Shown here: positions 27,734 through 38,028 of the stretch, piece by piece
Layout: every line of letters starts with the position of its first letter
Numbering within the stretch: position 1 is the stretch's first letter
DNA from: a virus
Length of the DNA stretch: 64,000 nt
Virus record (IMG/VR): IMGVR_UViG_3300015371_000001
Span: 77,277 to 141,276 of that record
Reading direction: 5' to 3' (one strand)
Made by a program: the position numbers and the translations under genes
Notes under the pieces: model-generated
Database searches by the model: none
The model's input: the letters and a program-made list of their open reading frames with translations, nothing else
What the model was told of the DNA's origin: nothing

Positions 27734-27763
27734 ATCCTCGAACAGCTAGGTATTAGAGAGTGT
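27731..27763 (+). promoter_or_regulatory. Putative middle (replication-gene) promoter, probably giving a leaderless dnaB mRNA
   Basis: GAACAGCTAGGTATTAGAGAGTGT is identical at 58394-58417. Confidence 0.65.
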
Positions 27764-29234
27764 GGCTACGGCAATCGAGCATGGGCAGAAGGTCCTGGCC
27801 TCGATTGTCCCGAATGGTCGCGATGAGCTTGACCTAGCGCTGCGGTACCTGCTGCCCGAGCACTTCCAGGACCCGACCCAGCGCAATCTGTTCCTGATGC
27901 TGGAGCGGTACGCCGACATCACGGGCGCGGTCATGACCCGTGACGCCTTCGATGATTTGATCTCGAAGGCTACGGCGGACGCAGGCAAGGCCGCGCTCTA
28001 TCTGGAGACCTACGACCTGCTGGTTGCGATGCCGTCCTCTCCGGCTGAGTTCCGCTGGAGCATGAACGAGCTACGGGACCTGGCTGCTCAGCGAGAGACT
28101 GGCCGGGTCATCACCGAGGCTATGGGCATCCTCCAGACCGGGCTCGATGGGGAGCACGGGAAGCGTCTCAAAGGCCATGAGGATGCCCGTACGCATGTGC
28201 TGGCGGAGTTCGCCGAGATCGACCGCTCCCTGGCCATGCAAGAGGCCCCAGAGGGCGCTATCCGGCATCAGCAGGAGGAGATCCTTCAGGACTATGCCGA
28301 CCGGAAGCGAGCCACCTCAGAGGGCCGGAACGTCGGCGTCGACTTCGGCTTGCGTGCGCTTGACTACAAGATCGGTGGGCTCCAGCCTGGCGACTTCGCC
28401 CTGATCGCCGGGTACTCCAGCGACGGCAAGACATCTCTGGTGGTCCAGCTTGCTTGGGCAGCGGCGGTCCAGCAGGGCAAGAACGTGGTCATCGCCACCA
28501 CGGAGACCACGCAGCCTCAGGTCCGGCGCAAGCTGGTCGCTCGGCACTCCACCCTGGAGCAATTCGGTCTGACCGACGGCCTCAACTCCAGGGCGCTGCG
28601 GGACGGCACGTTGGACGCCGATGAGGAGCGGGTCCTTCCGGAGGTGGTCACCGACCTCACCCGGAATCCGGCGTACGGGGAGGTCTACATCAAGCAGATC
28701 CCGAGGGGGCAGACCCTCGCGCAGTTGGAGTCGGCGCTGTATCGGATTCACCGGAGCTTCCCCATCGACGTGTGCGTGATGGACTACTTGGCTCTGCTGA
28801 AGGCCGAGCGCCGGAGGGAATCCATCCGGGACGAGCTTGGCACGCTGATGAAGGAGTCCAAGCAGATCGCTACTACGTTCGATGATGGCCGTGGTCTCAT
28901 CTTCGTGAGCCCCTGGCAGGTCAACCGGACGGCGTACGACAACGCGCTGCGGCTGGGCTACTACACCACGCTGGCGCTGTCAGAGACGGCAGAGGCGACC
29001 AACTCCCCCGACATCATCGTCAGCGTACTCAACCAGATTGCCGATAGCGATGCACGGTTCGCCGAATTGAAGCTCCAGCTACTCAAGAACCGGGACGGCG
29101 AGACGGCGTCGAGTTTGATGATGGCCGTCGACTACGCCACCTGTAACTTTTCCGAGAAGGTGTCGAACACCGGCATTGAGGGCGTCCTGGACGGCACGGA
29201 GGACCAAGAGTTCGGCGGTCTCCTCGGCATGTGA
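27762..29234 (+). CDS. dnaB: DnaB-like replicative helicase
   Basis: L.PEHF N-domain, GGLQPGDFALIAGYSSDGKT, VMDYLAL, WQVNR, LLKNRDG. Confidence 0.92.
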   Translation: MATAIEHGQKVLASIVPNGRDELDLALRYLLPEHFQDPTQRNLFLMLERYADITGAVMTRDAFDDLISKATADAGKAALYLETYDLLVAMPSSPAEFRWSMNELRDLAAQRETGRVITEAMGILQTGLDGEHGKRLKGHEDARTHVLAEFAEIDRSLAMQEAPEGAIRHQQEEILQDYADRKRATSEGRNVGVDFGLRALDYKIGGLQPGDFALIAGYSSDGKTSLVVQLAWAAAVQQGKNVVIATTETTQPQVRRKLVARHSTLEQFGLTDGLNSRALRDGTLDADEERVLPEVVTDLTRNPAYGEVYIKQIPRGQTLAQLESALYRIHRSFPIDVCVMDYLALLKAERRRESIRDELGTLMKESKQIATTFDDGRGLIFVSPWQVNRTAYDNALRLGYYTTLALSETAEATNSPDIIVSVLNQIADSDARFAELKLQLLKNRDGETASSLMMAVDYATCNFSEKVSNTGIEGVLDGTEDQEFGGLLGM

Positions 29235-29235
29235 T

Positions 29236-29242
29236 CCGATAA
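29236..29242 (+). promoter_or_regulatory. Putative late promoter -10 element CCGATAA
   Basis: Directly after dnaB stop, upstream of the structural module. Confidence 0.6.
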
Positions 29243-29274
29243 CTCCCACGAGTGACCAGACTCCGGGAGTTTGC

Positions 29275-29589
29275 ATGGCTGACGAGCGGTTGAAGCGCCC
29301 TTGTGACGTGTGTCTTGAGGTGGACGACCACCCTCGCCATGTCCACGGGTTGGCTCCGGATGATCCCAACGCTGTAGCGCCGAACGACACCGACTTTGAG
29401 TTGGTCGTGGGTCAGCCAGGCGTGTCTGCGGCGTCCCTCCAGCAGTTCTTGGACCCACTGACCCAGATTCGTCACCTTGACTGCTGCGCGGACAAGGGAT
29501 GCCCGACCGGTACCTGTGGTCCTCAGCTTGAGGCAGCAGATCACGCTCACGGCGACGAGCTTCTTGCTGCGATTCAGAAGGAGGGCTAG
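29275..29589 (+). CDS. Cys/His-rich protein leading the fibre module
   Basis: CDVC..DDHPRH..RHLDCC. Confidence 0.65.
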   Translation: MADERLKRPCDVCLEVDDHPRHVHGLAPDDPNAVAPNDTDFELVVGQPGVSAASLQQFLDPLTQIRHLDCCADKGCPTGTCGPQLEAADHAHGDELLAAIQKEG

Positions 29590-29592
29590 GGA

Positions 29593-29991
29593 ATGGCTGG
29601 TTTGGTTCAGGCGCACGCGAACGCGATTCTTGATGCGTCGCTGGACGGAGGCTCGGTCACGCTGTCGACCTCCGCGATCAAGTGCCGTCTGATGACGGCC
29701 AATGGCTCTGCTACGTCGGCAGGAACGGAGCTTTCGACCAGCGGTGGTTACACCTCGGGTACTGGCGCTCCGACGGTCACGTTCGCAGCAGCGTCGTCGG
29801 GCTCGAAGGCGTCGAACGCCGCAGTTACGGTGACCAACATGCCAGCGGCCACCATCGTCGGCGTTGAGCTTTGGGACTCGGCTGGTACTCCGCTGCGGAA
29901 GTGGTGGGGAGCACTGAGCGCCAACAAGACGACCAACTCCGGCGACACCTTCTCCATCGCCTCGGGCAGCCTGACCGCGTCCCTGACCTAG
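29593..29991 (+). CDS. Virion fibre/appendage base protein
   Basis: ANAILD..GTEL..GGY..VTFAAASSG..LWDSAG..GAL..KT..GDTFSI..GSLT pattern common in phage structural genes. Confidence 0.75.
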   Translation: MAGLVQAHANAILDASLDGGSVTLSTSAIKCRLMTANGSATSAGTELSTSGGYTSGTGAPTVTFAAASSGSKASNAAVTVTNMPAATIVGVELWDSAGTPLRKWWGALSANKTTNSGDTFSIASGSLTASLT

Positions 29992-30000
29992 GGAGGGACC

Positions 30001-30453
30001 TTGGCTGAGTACTGGTTGAGCGTCGATGCCATCGCGCTCTCCGCGTCTACGGCGAAGTCAGTGTTGGAGATTGCGGCTGGCTCGAACGACCCTGTCTCCA
30101 TCGTGGAGTGGTGGGTCGAGTTCGATGGCACGTCCAGCACGGCGGTGCCGGTCAAGGTCGAGGTCGGTCGATTCAGCGCTGGAGTGACGACGGCGACCAC
30201 CGGCACGGCGGAGAAGCGAGACACTGGAACATCCGGTGGCGGCACGGCGGCGACGGTGAAGCACACCACAACGACCGAGGGTGCCGGTACGGCGGACGAC
30301 ATTCAGTTCCACCGGGTTCCGCCCACTTCAGGTCTGTGGTACATCGCTCCGATGGGTCGCGAGGTCATCATCGCGGGTTCGGGATTCTGGCGGATGCGGT
30401 TGAATGCTGCGGCCACCGTGAACGCCACGGTGGGAGTGGTTTGGCAGGAGTGA
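30001..30453 (+). CDS. Virion structural protein (beta-sandwich)
   Basis: T/A/G-rich; in module. Confidence 0.65.
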   Translation: MAEYWLSVDAIALSASTAKSVLEIAAGSNDPVSIVEWWVEFDGTSSTAVPVKVEVGRFSAGVTTATTGTAEKRDTGTSGGGTAATVKHTTTTEGAGTADDIQFHRVPPTSGLWYIAPMGREVIIAGSGFWRMRLNAAATVNATVGVVWQE

Positions 30454-30459
30454 TCCTGC

Positions 30460-31203
30460 GTGGCGAACCCGACCTTCAGCAACCTCACCTCTGGTACCGA
30501 CAACGTTGACCGCGCGACGTACACCACGGCATCGGTTTCGCCGACGGCCAACCGGCTGATCTTCGTCTCGATCAGCGCCTTTGACACGTCTACGACGACG
30601 CCAGGCACACCGGCTGTCACCGGCAACGGCATCACTTACGACTTGGTCGAAGATTGTCTCGTGGACGTGGCTGGATCAGACCGAGCCGGTGCATGGATTT
30701 TCCGGGGGATGAGTGCGAGCCCTTCGAGCGGGACCATCTCCATTGCGTTCTCCGGTATCCCATCCGACGGCGTGCTCAACTGTTGTGTGTGGTCAGTGGA
30801 TCAGTCGAGCAGTGACGTGGATACTTCCGGCTCGAACGGCTCTGGCGCGATTGGCAACACAGCGTTTCAGGATGACGACGGCACCGGAACGTCGGCCACC
30901 GCGAGCATCACGATTGGAGCAAGTAACAGCGGGTTCGCGGCATGTGGTATCCAGGTTTCGACGCCTGGTACGACGGCACGGTCGTCTCCAGCTTGGACTG
31001 AGCTAGCTGACGTGGCGCTGAGTTCTACTGGATTGCAGACGCAGTACTACGCAGGTGGAGCGGACACGGCTGTCTCTGCTACACATGCGAGCGCTCGGTC
31101 TGGGATCATCGGAGTTGAGGTTAAGCAGGCAGTTGCGGCAGGCAACCCTCGGTCGATTTACCGACCGAATCGTGCTGCGGTAGAGCGAGCGAGTAGGTGG
31201 TGA
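30460..31203 (+). CDS. Virion structural protein
   Basis: S/T/G/A-rich beta protein; ends RAAVERASRW. Confidence 0.65.
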   Translation: MANPTFSNLTSGTDNVDRATYTTASVSPTANRLIFVSISAFDTSTTTPGTPAVTGNGITYDLVEDCLVDVAGSDRAGAWIFRGMSASPSSGTISIAFSGIPSDGVLNCCVWSVDQSSSDVDTSGSNGSGAIGNTAFQDDDGTGTSATASITIGASNSGFAACGIQVSTPGTTARSSPAWTELADVALSSTGLQTQYYAGGADTAVSATHASARSGIIGVEVKQAVAAGNPRSIYRPNRAAVERASRW

Positions 31204-31206
31204 CAC

Positions 31207-34200
31207 ATGGCTCGTCTAGGACGTAGTCGACCGATCACCCCTCGTCTGATCGTTCCGAACAAGGCGCGACCGAACGGTTTTTGGTTCAGGGAGCGCTTCG
31301 AGGGTGGAGCGCCGTACGCCAACGAGACGATGATCTGGGGCGGCACTGCCAGCCACCCGTACACCACCACGGGCGGCACCGGAAGCACGTTCGATCTCAA
31401 CCACACGGCTGATTTCGCGCTTGGTGACCGGTCCATCAAGATCACCACCAACGGCACCAATGCCAACACCTTCGTGCGGAAGCTCAACGGCACGGCGATG
31501 GACTTCACCAACCGGGTGCCGCGTATCTGGATCAAGGTGGACACCAACGCCAACTTCCTGGACGGACAGTTGTGGTTGGGCTCCGGTGGTGCGTTGGCCA
31601 ATGCCTACAAGTTCAAGTTCAGTCCGGATGACGCGGTTGTCCCGCAGTACTTCGGCGGTGAGTGGCAATCCATCACGTTTCCGTGGTCGTACGCGACAAC
31701 GACAGGTACGCCGACGCGGAGCGCTTTGACAGACCTTAACTTCCAGATTTTCGACGGTAGCGCCGGAGTGTTGAACGTCTGGTGGGGTGGCATCTCCTCG
31801 ATCCCCGATACCACGGTGCCGTACCCCAACGGCGTGGTGAGTTTCACCTTCGATGACGGCTTCGCATCTACCACCAATGAGGCCGCGAGCTACATGGACC
31901 CCAAGCACATGCGGGGCACCTGTTTCATCATCGATGACGTGCTGGGGACCGGCGTCTACATGACGACTAGCCAGGTGCAGGCGCTTGAGAGTACCTACGG
32001 GTGGGAGATCGGTCTGCACTCACATACGGCGGCGGATCACAATGCCGGTGGCGGTCTCACATCATTGACCGAAGCTCAGCTACGCGCCAACATGGCGGCG
32101 AACCGAGCGAACCTGCTCTCGCTGGGGATCAAAGATCCGGTGTCGATGGCGTGGCCACAGGGGCTCACGAATGTGGCGACCGGCAACGTCATGAAGGACA
32201 TCGTCTCCGGCGTCGCACGGACGACGAAAGGTGCGCACACCAACACCTTCCCGCCGTACGACCGTGTCAGAGCGTATTCGCGTGCTGTCGATGCCTCTGA
32301 TTCGTCGTCCACGATCAACACGATTATCGACAACGCAGTGACCAACAAGGATTGGTTGATTCTGCTGTTCCATGACATCGTGTCGTCGGGAGCGACAGGG
32401 AACCAATGCAACCGGTCGACTTTCCGCGCCATTGTGGACCACGCGGAGACGGCTGGGATCGCGGTATTGCCGGTCAAAGAGGTCTACGACGGTCGGCCTC
32501 CTGGCCGGGACACCATCACGATCAGTAACACTGATTTCAACACGGTCACACAGAGCGATACGGCGCATGGCTCGTTGACGATGGACCCGGAGAACCGGGT
32601 GCATGGTCGGTTCGGAGCCAACGTCAAGGCAGATGCCACCGGCTCTCAGATCACGATGGAGCGGACCTTCCCGACCGGGAGCATTTACGTTCGCTTCTAT
32701 CTCACGATTGGTGATGACACCACGACGGCCACCATCGTGAGATGTCGAGCTTCGCCGACGACCAACGTGTGTGGACTTCGCCGCCGTAGTGACGGGGTGG
32801 GTAACACCTCTATCGAGCTACGTAACGGTACGACGAACACCGGTACGAAAACGACCGCTCTTGGGGTTGATACTCCAGCCCGGATTGAGTGGTTCGTTGA
32901 TGCAGTGAACAACACGCAGACGCTCAGGCTCTACAAGGGTGCGAACGTCGAAGGTACGACGTTCGATGAGGAGATCACTGACGCGACGGCGACGAATGAT
33001 CCGAACATCCTCCAGTTCGGTACGCCGAACACCGTTGAGACCACTGCTGACGATTCGTGGGATGACATCGCGCTCGACACAGCAGGGTGGATTGGTCCTC
33101 TTGCGTACGAGCTAACACCTCCGGTTGAGGGCGTTGCTCCTCTGACGGCGACTTCGAACCTGGTGACAGCAGCTTCGGTCACTGAGGTGGCGACGGCTAC
33201 GTTGGCTGCGACCTCCAACTTGGTGACAGCCGGAACGGTGACGACTCCGTACCCGGCTGTGCTGGGAGCTAACGGTCAGTTTGATGAGGCTGAGACTCAA
33301 GCCTTCATGGGTGTCCTTCAGGACTCCAATGGCAACCTCTACCGAGTCCTTGAATCCACGTTGGCGGATAACAACCAGCCCAGGATGATGAAGTCCACCG
33401 ATGAGGGCTTGACCTGGACCGAGCAGGATGCTGCGAACCGGCCAGGTACGAGTGCTGGCGTGATCTGTGACCTGGAGTCCGGCCATGTGACGTGGGACCA
33501 CGTCGACAAGACGATCACCTTTACCTGGCAGCGGTCCGGCAATGTGGCGTACTCGAAGTTCAAGACTTCGGATGCCGCGAGCAACCCGGACACCTGGACC
33601 TCCAACGTCCGAGAGCTTCACACCACGGTGACGGCAGCGGCTCCGCAGTACACGTCGCATACTTCACCGCAGGACCAGGCGTACGAGTGGTTGTTCTGGG
33701 GATCGAACACTCCCAAGCCGCAGTTCCGGAGCCGGACCAACTCCTCTACGTTGGGCTCGGTCACCGATGTCGATTCGACCGGGGTCAACCCGTCGGCGGT
33801 GCTTTTGCCGAACGAGCACGACACCATGATCATCTACGAGAAGTCGAACCAGGTTCACTACAAGAAGCTGACCTCGTCCGGCACGCTCGACTCAAGTTCC
33901 ACCCGTGTCGATGCCTCCGGGTTGCAGACTGGTAGCTCAGGTGCGGTTGTGGCGTACGCCGCTCCGGTGGCGTACCTCGGACCGAACGGCACCGATGTGG
34001 TGGTCTCGGTGCTGTTCATCGACGTGAACGGCGACTTGCGGTCGGTGGACATCGTCAATGGGACCCCCGGCTCTGAGTCGGTGGTGACGACGAACAACCC
34101 GGCAGCCGATGTGGGCACGACCACGTCTCTGCAAGGTGTGATCGCACTCGCCGTTCACGGCACCACGCTCCATGCGGTGTGGGCAGACGGCACGAGTTAC

Positions 34201-35958
34201 GACGTACTCCACGCCAGCAAGCCGTACGGCCAGTCGTGGAGCGGCACTGACACGCTCTACAACACAGCGGGCGGCGAGGACGTTGATTGGGTGTCGGCTG
34301 CGGTCGTGACGCACAGCGGTCAGACGTACTTGGGCTACACCTACTACGTCGGGCCGTTCACCGAGGATGCTGGTACCACGTACTACAACCGGCTTTCGCT
34401 GGTCTCGAACATTGCCGGTTCCGCCACGCTGGCGGCGACTTCGAACCTGACGACGACTGCGTTGGTCACCGAGGTGGCCGCTGCCACGTTGGCCGCGACC
34501 AGCAACTTGGTGCCGACAGCGTTGGTCACCGAGCTTGCAGCGGCGACGCTGGCGTCCACATCGAACCTGGTCTCTGTCCCAAGCATCACGACAGTTGCGG
34601 TTGCTTCACTTCCGGCGACTTCGAACCTGGTGACCGTACCGAGTGTGACGGTGTTCGTCATCGCCAACTTGGACTCGACGGCGGACCTGGTGACGACAGC
34701 GTTGGTCACCGAAATCGCGTCGGCGACGCTGGCGGCTACGTCGAACCTTTCGACAACGGCGGTCCTGACGGTCCCGGCCACGGCCACGTTGGCGGCGACC
34801 TCCAACTTGGTGACAACGGCGTTGGTCACCGAGGTGGCCACCGCCACGTTGGCAGCCACCTCGGACCTGGTCACGAGTGCCGCTGGAGCAGTATCCGGCA
34901 CGGCGGATCTGGCAGCTACGTCGGATTTGACTACGACTGGAACGGTGTCGCGCGAAGGCGCAGCGACGCTGGCAGCTACGTCTGATCTCACGACAGCGGC
35001 GGTCCTAACGGTCCCGGCCACGGCCACGCTGGCTGCGACTTCGGACCTTGTGACTGCTAGCATTGTCACAGCGGTGGCCTCGGTAACCATTCCAGCTACT
35101 TCGAACCTCTCGGTGACAGCGGTTCCTACGGTTCTGGCGTCGGCGACGTTGGCGGCGACCTCTGATTTGGTGACGGCAGCGACGCTCACCAGACTCGGTA
35201 CGGCCACGCTGGCAGCCGTCTCAGACCTGTTTGCAGAGGTGCAGGGTGAGGTCGGTGGCACAGCCACCTTGGCGGCTACCTCAGATCTCTCAGTGGTTGC
35301 AGAGCCGTTGGACATTCAGGCGACGGTTGATCTCGATTCGGCTTCGGATCTGTCCACGGGCGGCGAGGTCATCAAGCTTGCCGATCTATTCATCTCGGCG
35401 CTATCGGACCTCACCATCACATCTGAGGTCGAAGTTTTTGCCGACATGGATCTGGCAGCTTCATCGGATCTGGTGACCGAAGCTGAGGTTGGAGGTCTGG
35501 CTGACGCTACAGCCGCACTGACGGCGACTTCGAACCTGGTGATTGGTGGAGTCGTCACCAAGCTCGGTGTCGTGTTCATGCAGGGCCAGCACCATCTGTC
35601 GGCGGTGCCACAGGTCGCCACGGTCCAAGCGGTGGCGTTTATCCCGGCAGTGTCCGACATGACCACGGTGGCATTCCGTGGTCAGTTCGCCACGGCGGCG
35701 ATGCAGCAGACCTCGGACCTGACGACGCACGCCTTCGAGCCGAAGTTTGGCATCGCCTCGATGGTGGCCATCTCGTACTTGCTCATCGGCGAACCCACTC
35801 TCGCTGTGGTGCGGATGCATCAGTACTCCTGGCTCCACGCCACGGCGGAGGAGCCATTCGGCAACGTTCATCCGAGCGCTGTTCTAACCGCTAGAAGATG
35901 GAGGGCGGGTCTTGCTGTGTCGCATGGACGAACCCGCTGGCGGGCCACACTCGACTAG
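31207..35958 (+). CDS. Large fibre protein: polysaccharide deacetylase, lectin-like domain, Asp-box propeller and 20-aa repeat shaft
   Basis: SFTFDDGF, WEIGLHSH, AWPQG, LILLFH (NodB motifs); KSTDEGLTW Asp-box; ATLAATS(N/D)L repeats. Confidence 0.8.
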   Translation: MARLGRSRPITPRLIVPNKARPNGFWFRERFEGGAPYANETMIWGGTASHPYTTTGGTGSTFDLNHTADFALGDRSIKITTNGTNANTFVRKLNGTAMDFTNRVPRIWIKVDTNANFLDGQLWLGSGGALANAYKFKFSPDDAVVPQYFGGEWQSITFPWSYATTTGTPTRSALTDLNFQIFDGSAGVLNVWWGGISSIPDTTVPYPNGVVSFTFDDGFASTTNEAASYMDPKHMRGTCFIIDDVLGTGVYMTTSQVQALESTYGWEIGLHSHTAADHNAGGGLTSLTEAQLRANMAANRANLLSLGIKDPVSMAWPQGLTNVATGNVMKDIVSGVARTTKGAHTNTFPPYDRVRAYSRAVDASDSSSTINTIIDNAVTNKDWLILLFHDIVSSGATGNQCNRSTFRAIVDHAETAGIAVLPVKEVYDGRPPGRDTITISNTDFNTVTQSDTAHGSLTMDPENRVHGRFGANVKADATGSQITMERTFPTGSIYVRFYLTIGDDTTTATIVRCRASPTTNVCGLRRRSDGVGNTSIELRNGTTNTGTKTTALGVDTPARIEWFVDAVNNTQTLRLYKGANVEGTTFDEEITDATATNDPNILQFGTPNTVETTADDSWDDIALDTAGWIGPLAYELTPPVEGVAPLTATSNLVTAASVTEVATATLAATSNLVTAGTVTTPYPAVLGANGQFDEAETQAFMGVLQDSNGNLYRVLESTLADNNQPRMMKSTDEGLTWTEQDAANRPGTSAGVICDLESGHVTWDHVDKTITFTWQRSGNVAYSKFKTSDAASNPDTWTSNVRELHTTVTAAAPQYTSHTSPQDQAYEWLFWGSNTPKPQFRSRTNSSTLGSVTDVDSTGVNPSAVLLPNEHDTMIIYEKSNQVHYKKLTSSGTLDSSSTRVDASGLQTGSSGAVVAYAAPVAYLGPNGTDVVVSVLFIDVNGDLRSVDIVNGTPGSESVVTTNNPAADVGTTTSLQGVIALAVHGTTLHAVWADGTSYDVLHASKPYGQSWSGTDTLYNTAGGEDVDWVSAAVVTHSGQTYLGYTYYVGPFTEDAGTTYYNRLSLVSNIAGSATLAATSNLTTTALVTEVAAATLAATSNLVPTALVTELAAATLASTSNLVSVPSITTVAVASLPATSNLVTVPSVTVFVIANLDSTADLVTTALVTEIASATLAATSNLSTTAVLTVPATATLAATSNLVTTALVTEVATATLAATSDLVTSAAGAVSGTADLAATSDLTTTGTVSREGAATLAATSDLTTAAVLTVPATATLAATSDLVTASIVTAVASVTIPATSNLSVTAVPTVLASATLAATSDLVTAATLTRLGTATLAAVSDLFAEVQGEVGGTATLAATSDLSVVAEPLDIQATVDLDSASDLSTGGEVIKLADLFISALSDLTITSEVEVFADMDLAASSDLVTEAEVGGLADATAALTATSNLVIGGVVTKLGVVFMQGQHHLSAVPQVATVQAVAFIPAVSDMTTVAFRGQFATAAMQQTSDLTTHAFEPKFGIASMVAISYLLIGEPTLAVVRMHQYSWLHATAEEPFGNVHPSAVLTARRWRAGLAVSHGRTRWRATLD
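34411..35790 (+). repeat. Coding tandem repeat, about 60-bp / 20-aa period, about 23 degenerate units
   Basis: ATATLAATSNLVTTALVTEV consensus. Confidence 0.85.
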
Positions 35959-35967
35959 GAGGACGAC

Positions 35968-36282
35968 GTGCCGATCTCAGACACGTACCCAAGAGAGACA
36001 CGGGAGTTTGTCGGGGTGCTTGTGTTCATGGACGAAACAGCCTTCGTCCCCACGAAGTTGCAAGTGGTCCGGAGGTTCGATAGGCCCGCCGACGCGGACT
36101 GGCTAGACCCTCAGCAGATCGCTGGTCCCGACGAGTCGACGGACTATGGCTTCTACCTGGACGACCCGTGGCTGCCTGACTCAGATCCGGACCGGGTCGG
36201 TACCTGGTCGGTTTGGGCCAAGGCTGATGTGCCTGCTGAGGGCTCCGTCGTGATGCTCGCTGGCAGGTTCACGTTGACCTAG
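35968..36282 (+). CDS. Virion protein closing the fibre module
   Basis: RETREFV..RP..ADW..GTWSVWAK. Confidence 0.65.
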   Translation: MPISDTYPRETREFVGVLVFMDETAFVPTKLQVVRRFDRPADADWLDPQQIAGPDESTDYGFYLDDPWLPDSDPDRVGTWSVWAKADVPAEGSVVMLAGRFTLT

Positions 36283-36429
36283 GGCAACTATGTGGTAAAC
36301 CTGATGATGTGCCTCAGGAAGCCAAGATGGAAGTCCTTCAACCACCGAGCAAGTGGGGGAGCGGTTGTCCTCGTGTGATGGTCGTGCCGGTCGTACTCGC
36401 CGTGGCTCTGCTACTGATTCGGAGGCGTC

Positions 36430-36675
36430 GTGGCACTGCACGGTGAGGTCAAGATCAACGGCACCGACATCTACGAGTGGTCGGCGGTCCGACAGAGCCG
36501 CCGTGCGTATGGGCTCAACGAGTACGAGTGGACCGTCTGGCGAGCAGGCACCGATGAACGCTGGACGGGGCGACTCAAGCATGAGTACGACGACGGGGCG
36601 TTGGTGCTGACGGCCAAGGTCATGCGAGCCGCGCAAAGAAAAATGACCAAGGTGTTGACCACCGACACCGGATAG
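36430..36675 (+). CDS. Hypothetical protein
   Basis: GGAGG SD; H.YDDGALVL. Confidence 0.65.
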   Translation: MALHGEVKINGTDIYEWSAVRQSRRAYGLNEYEWTVWRAGTDERWTGRLKHEYDDGALVLTAKVMRAAQRKMTKVLTTDTG

Positions 36676-36683
36676 GTTACCTT
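36655..36683 (+). promoter_or_regulatory. Host housekeeping-sigma-type promoter
   Basis: TTGACC-N17-TACCTT. Confidence 0.55.
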
Positions 36684-36724
36684 CATCTCATAGACCTATT
36701 TGGCGAGCTTGGAGGCAGCCACCT

Positions 36725-36934
36725 ATGAGCATCATGGACACATTCCCTCAGTCGGCAGACGGACCGGATGAGGACGCCGTCCACAAGGCACGAGAACTGA
36801 TCGCGAAGCACCTGTCAGCGGCGGTGATGGAGGCCATGCGTCTCCCGTACCCCGACAAGCCGGAGCAGGTGGCTGAGGAGATCACGACGGTCGTGCAGAC
36901 GTTGGTCGTTTCGTGGAAGGGAGTGATCGTCTGA
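36725..36934 (+). CDS. Hypothetical protein
   Basis: GGAGGCAG SD. Confidence 0.6.
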   Translation: MSIMDTFPQSADGPDEDAVHKARELIAKHLSAAVMEAMRLPYPDKPEQVAEEITTVVQTLVVSWKGVIV

Positions 36935-37353
36935 TGAAGCTCAGCGAGCGCATTGAGCGCGACAAGATCACTGTCGATCTGGAGTACGGCGATCCGCCAT
37001 CAACGCCCCTGCCGTGGCAGGACCACAACGGTCGGCTGATCCCGACCATCGACTACGAGGTCACTTTGTTCCACGGTGACGAGTCGATGACCTTCGACTT
37101 CCACACCGGCATCGGCTGGGACCGCGAGCCGTCGGTCAGGGACATCCTGGACGCTCTGCTCTCCGACGCAGCGGGCATCGAGAACGCCGGGTGCTTCAGT
37201 GATTGGGCGTCGGAGTACGGCTACGGGATCGATGACGACCCCGCTTCGGTCCGCGTGATCTACGACAAGTGCGAGGAGAGTGCCGAGAACCTACGGCGCG
37301 TCCTCGGTGACAAGTACGACGACTACCTCTGGGAGACCGAGCACGACCGGTGA
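36934..37353 (+). CDS. Hypothetical phage protein
   Basis: EPSVRDILDALLSDA..FSDWASEYGY. Confidence 0.7.
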   Translation: MKLSERIERDKITVDLEYGDPPSTPLPWQDHNGRLIPTIDYEVTLFHGDESMTFDFHTGIGWDREPSVRDILDALLSDAAGIENAGCFSDWASEYGYGIDDDPASVRVIYDKCEESAENLRRVLGDKYDDYLWETEHDR

Positions 37354-37390
37354 GCAGTACGGAACTGCAAGAACTGAGTAGAAGGTAACC

Positions 37391-37765
37391 ATGCGTATGC
37401 GTCAAGAGACATTGCAGACCACGATGGACAAGAGCGAACTACTCGCCATCATCGAGGCCAATCGGGACAACCACAACGAGGAGTTCGACCGCGCTGTCGA
37501 GGTGTACCGAGGTCGTGCCGTCGATGAGTTGCAGCGGACGATCAAGCGGTTGGGCGACGGCGAGACGCTGGATCTCCACTTCACTTTGCCGAAGCCGGTC
37601 AACTACTCCAACGAGTACAACACCGTCATCGGGATGCTAAAGCATCACCAGGGCTCCAGCATCACGTTGGACTACGACGAGTACCAGCGGTTCGTGGAGA
37701 ACAAGTGGGAGTGGTCAGCGCACTTCGCCGCCAACTCTCAGGTGTACCTCGCCGAATACGAGTGA
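37391..37765 (+). CDS. Hypothetical phage protein
   Basis: ELLAIIEANRDNH..P.NY..EY..I.ML..EYQRFV..WEW. Confidence 0.7.
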   Translation: MRMRQETLQTTMDKSELLAIIEANRDNHNEEFDRAVEVYRGRAVDELQRTIKRLGDGETLDLHFTLPKPVNYSNEYNTVIGMLKHHQGSSITLDYDEYQRFVENKWEWSAHFAANSQVYLAEYE

Positions 37766-37770
37766 GGCTG

Positions 37771-38028
37771 ATGGACTATCGAGCAGTCACCGTTTCCCCG
37801 TTCACCTTGGAGTGGAGCGGGGAACGTGAGGTGTTCGAGGTCCGGTGCGCGCACTGTCCCGACTGGAAGCCGTCACTGATCTTTCATGACTACGCGGCGG
37901 AGCGCTTACGGGTTCAGCACATCGTGGACTGCCCGAACGCGGAGCCGGACGAGAAGGCTCAGGTCCGTGACTTCCTGCATCAAGAGCGCGTACTGCGCGA
38001 GGAGATCCTGGCCGAGAGGATGGAATGA
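37771..38028 (+). CDS. Hypothetical protein (zinc-finger-like)
   Basis: CAHC..H...C. Confidence 0.55.
   Translation: MDYRAVTVSPFTLEWSGEREVFEVRCAHCPDWKPSLIFHDYAAERLRVQHIVDCPNAEPDEKAQVRDFLHQERVLREEILAERME

Noticed and set aside
34411-35790. Regular repeats as a possible CRISPR array or DGR
   Set aside because: Degenerate in-frame 20-aa protein repeats with no unique spacers; no cas or reverse transcriptase gene.
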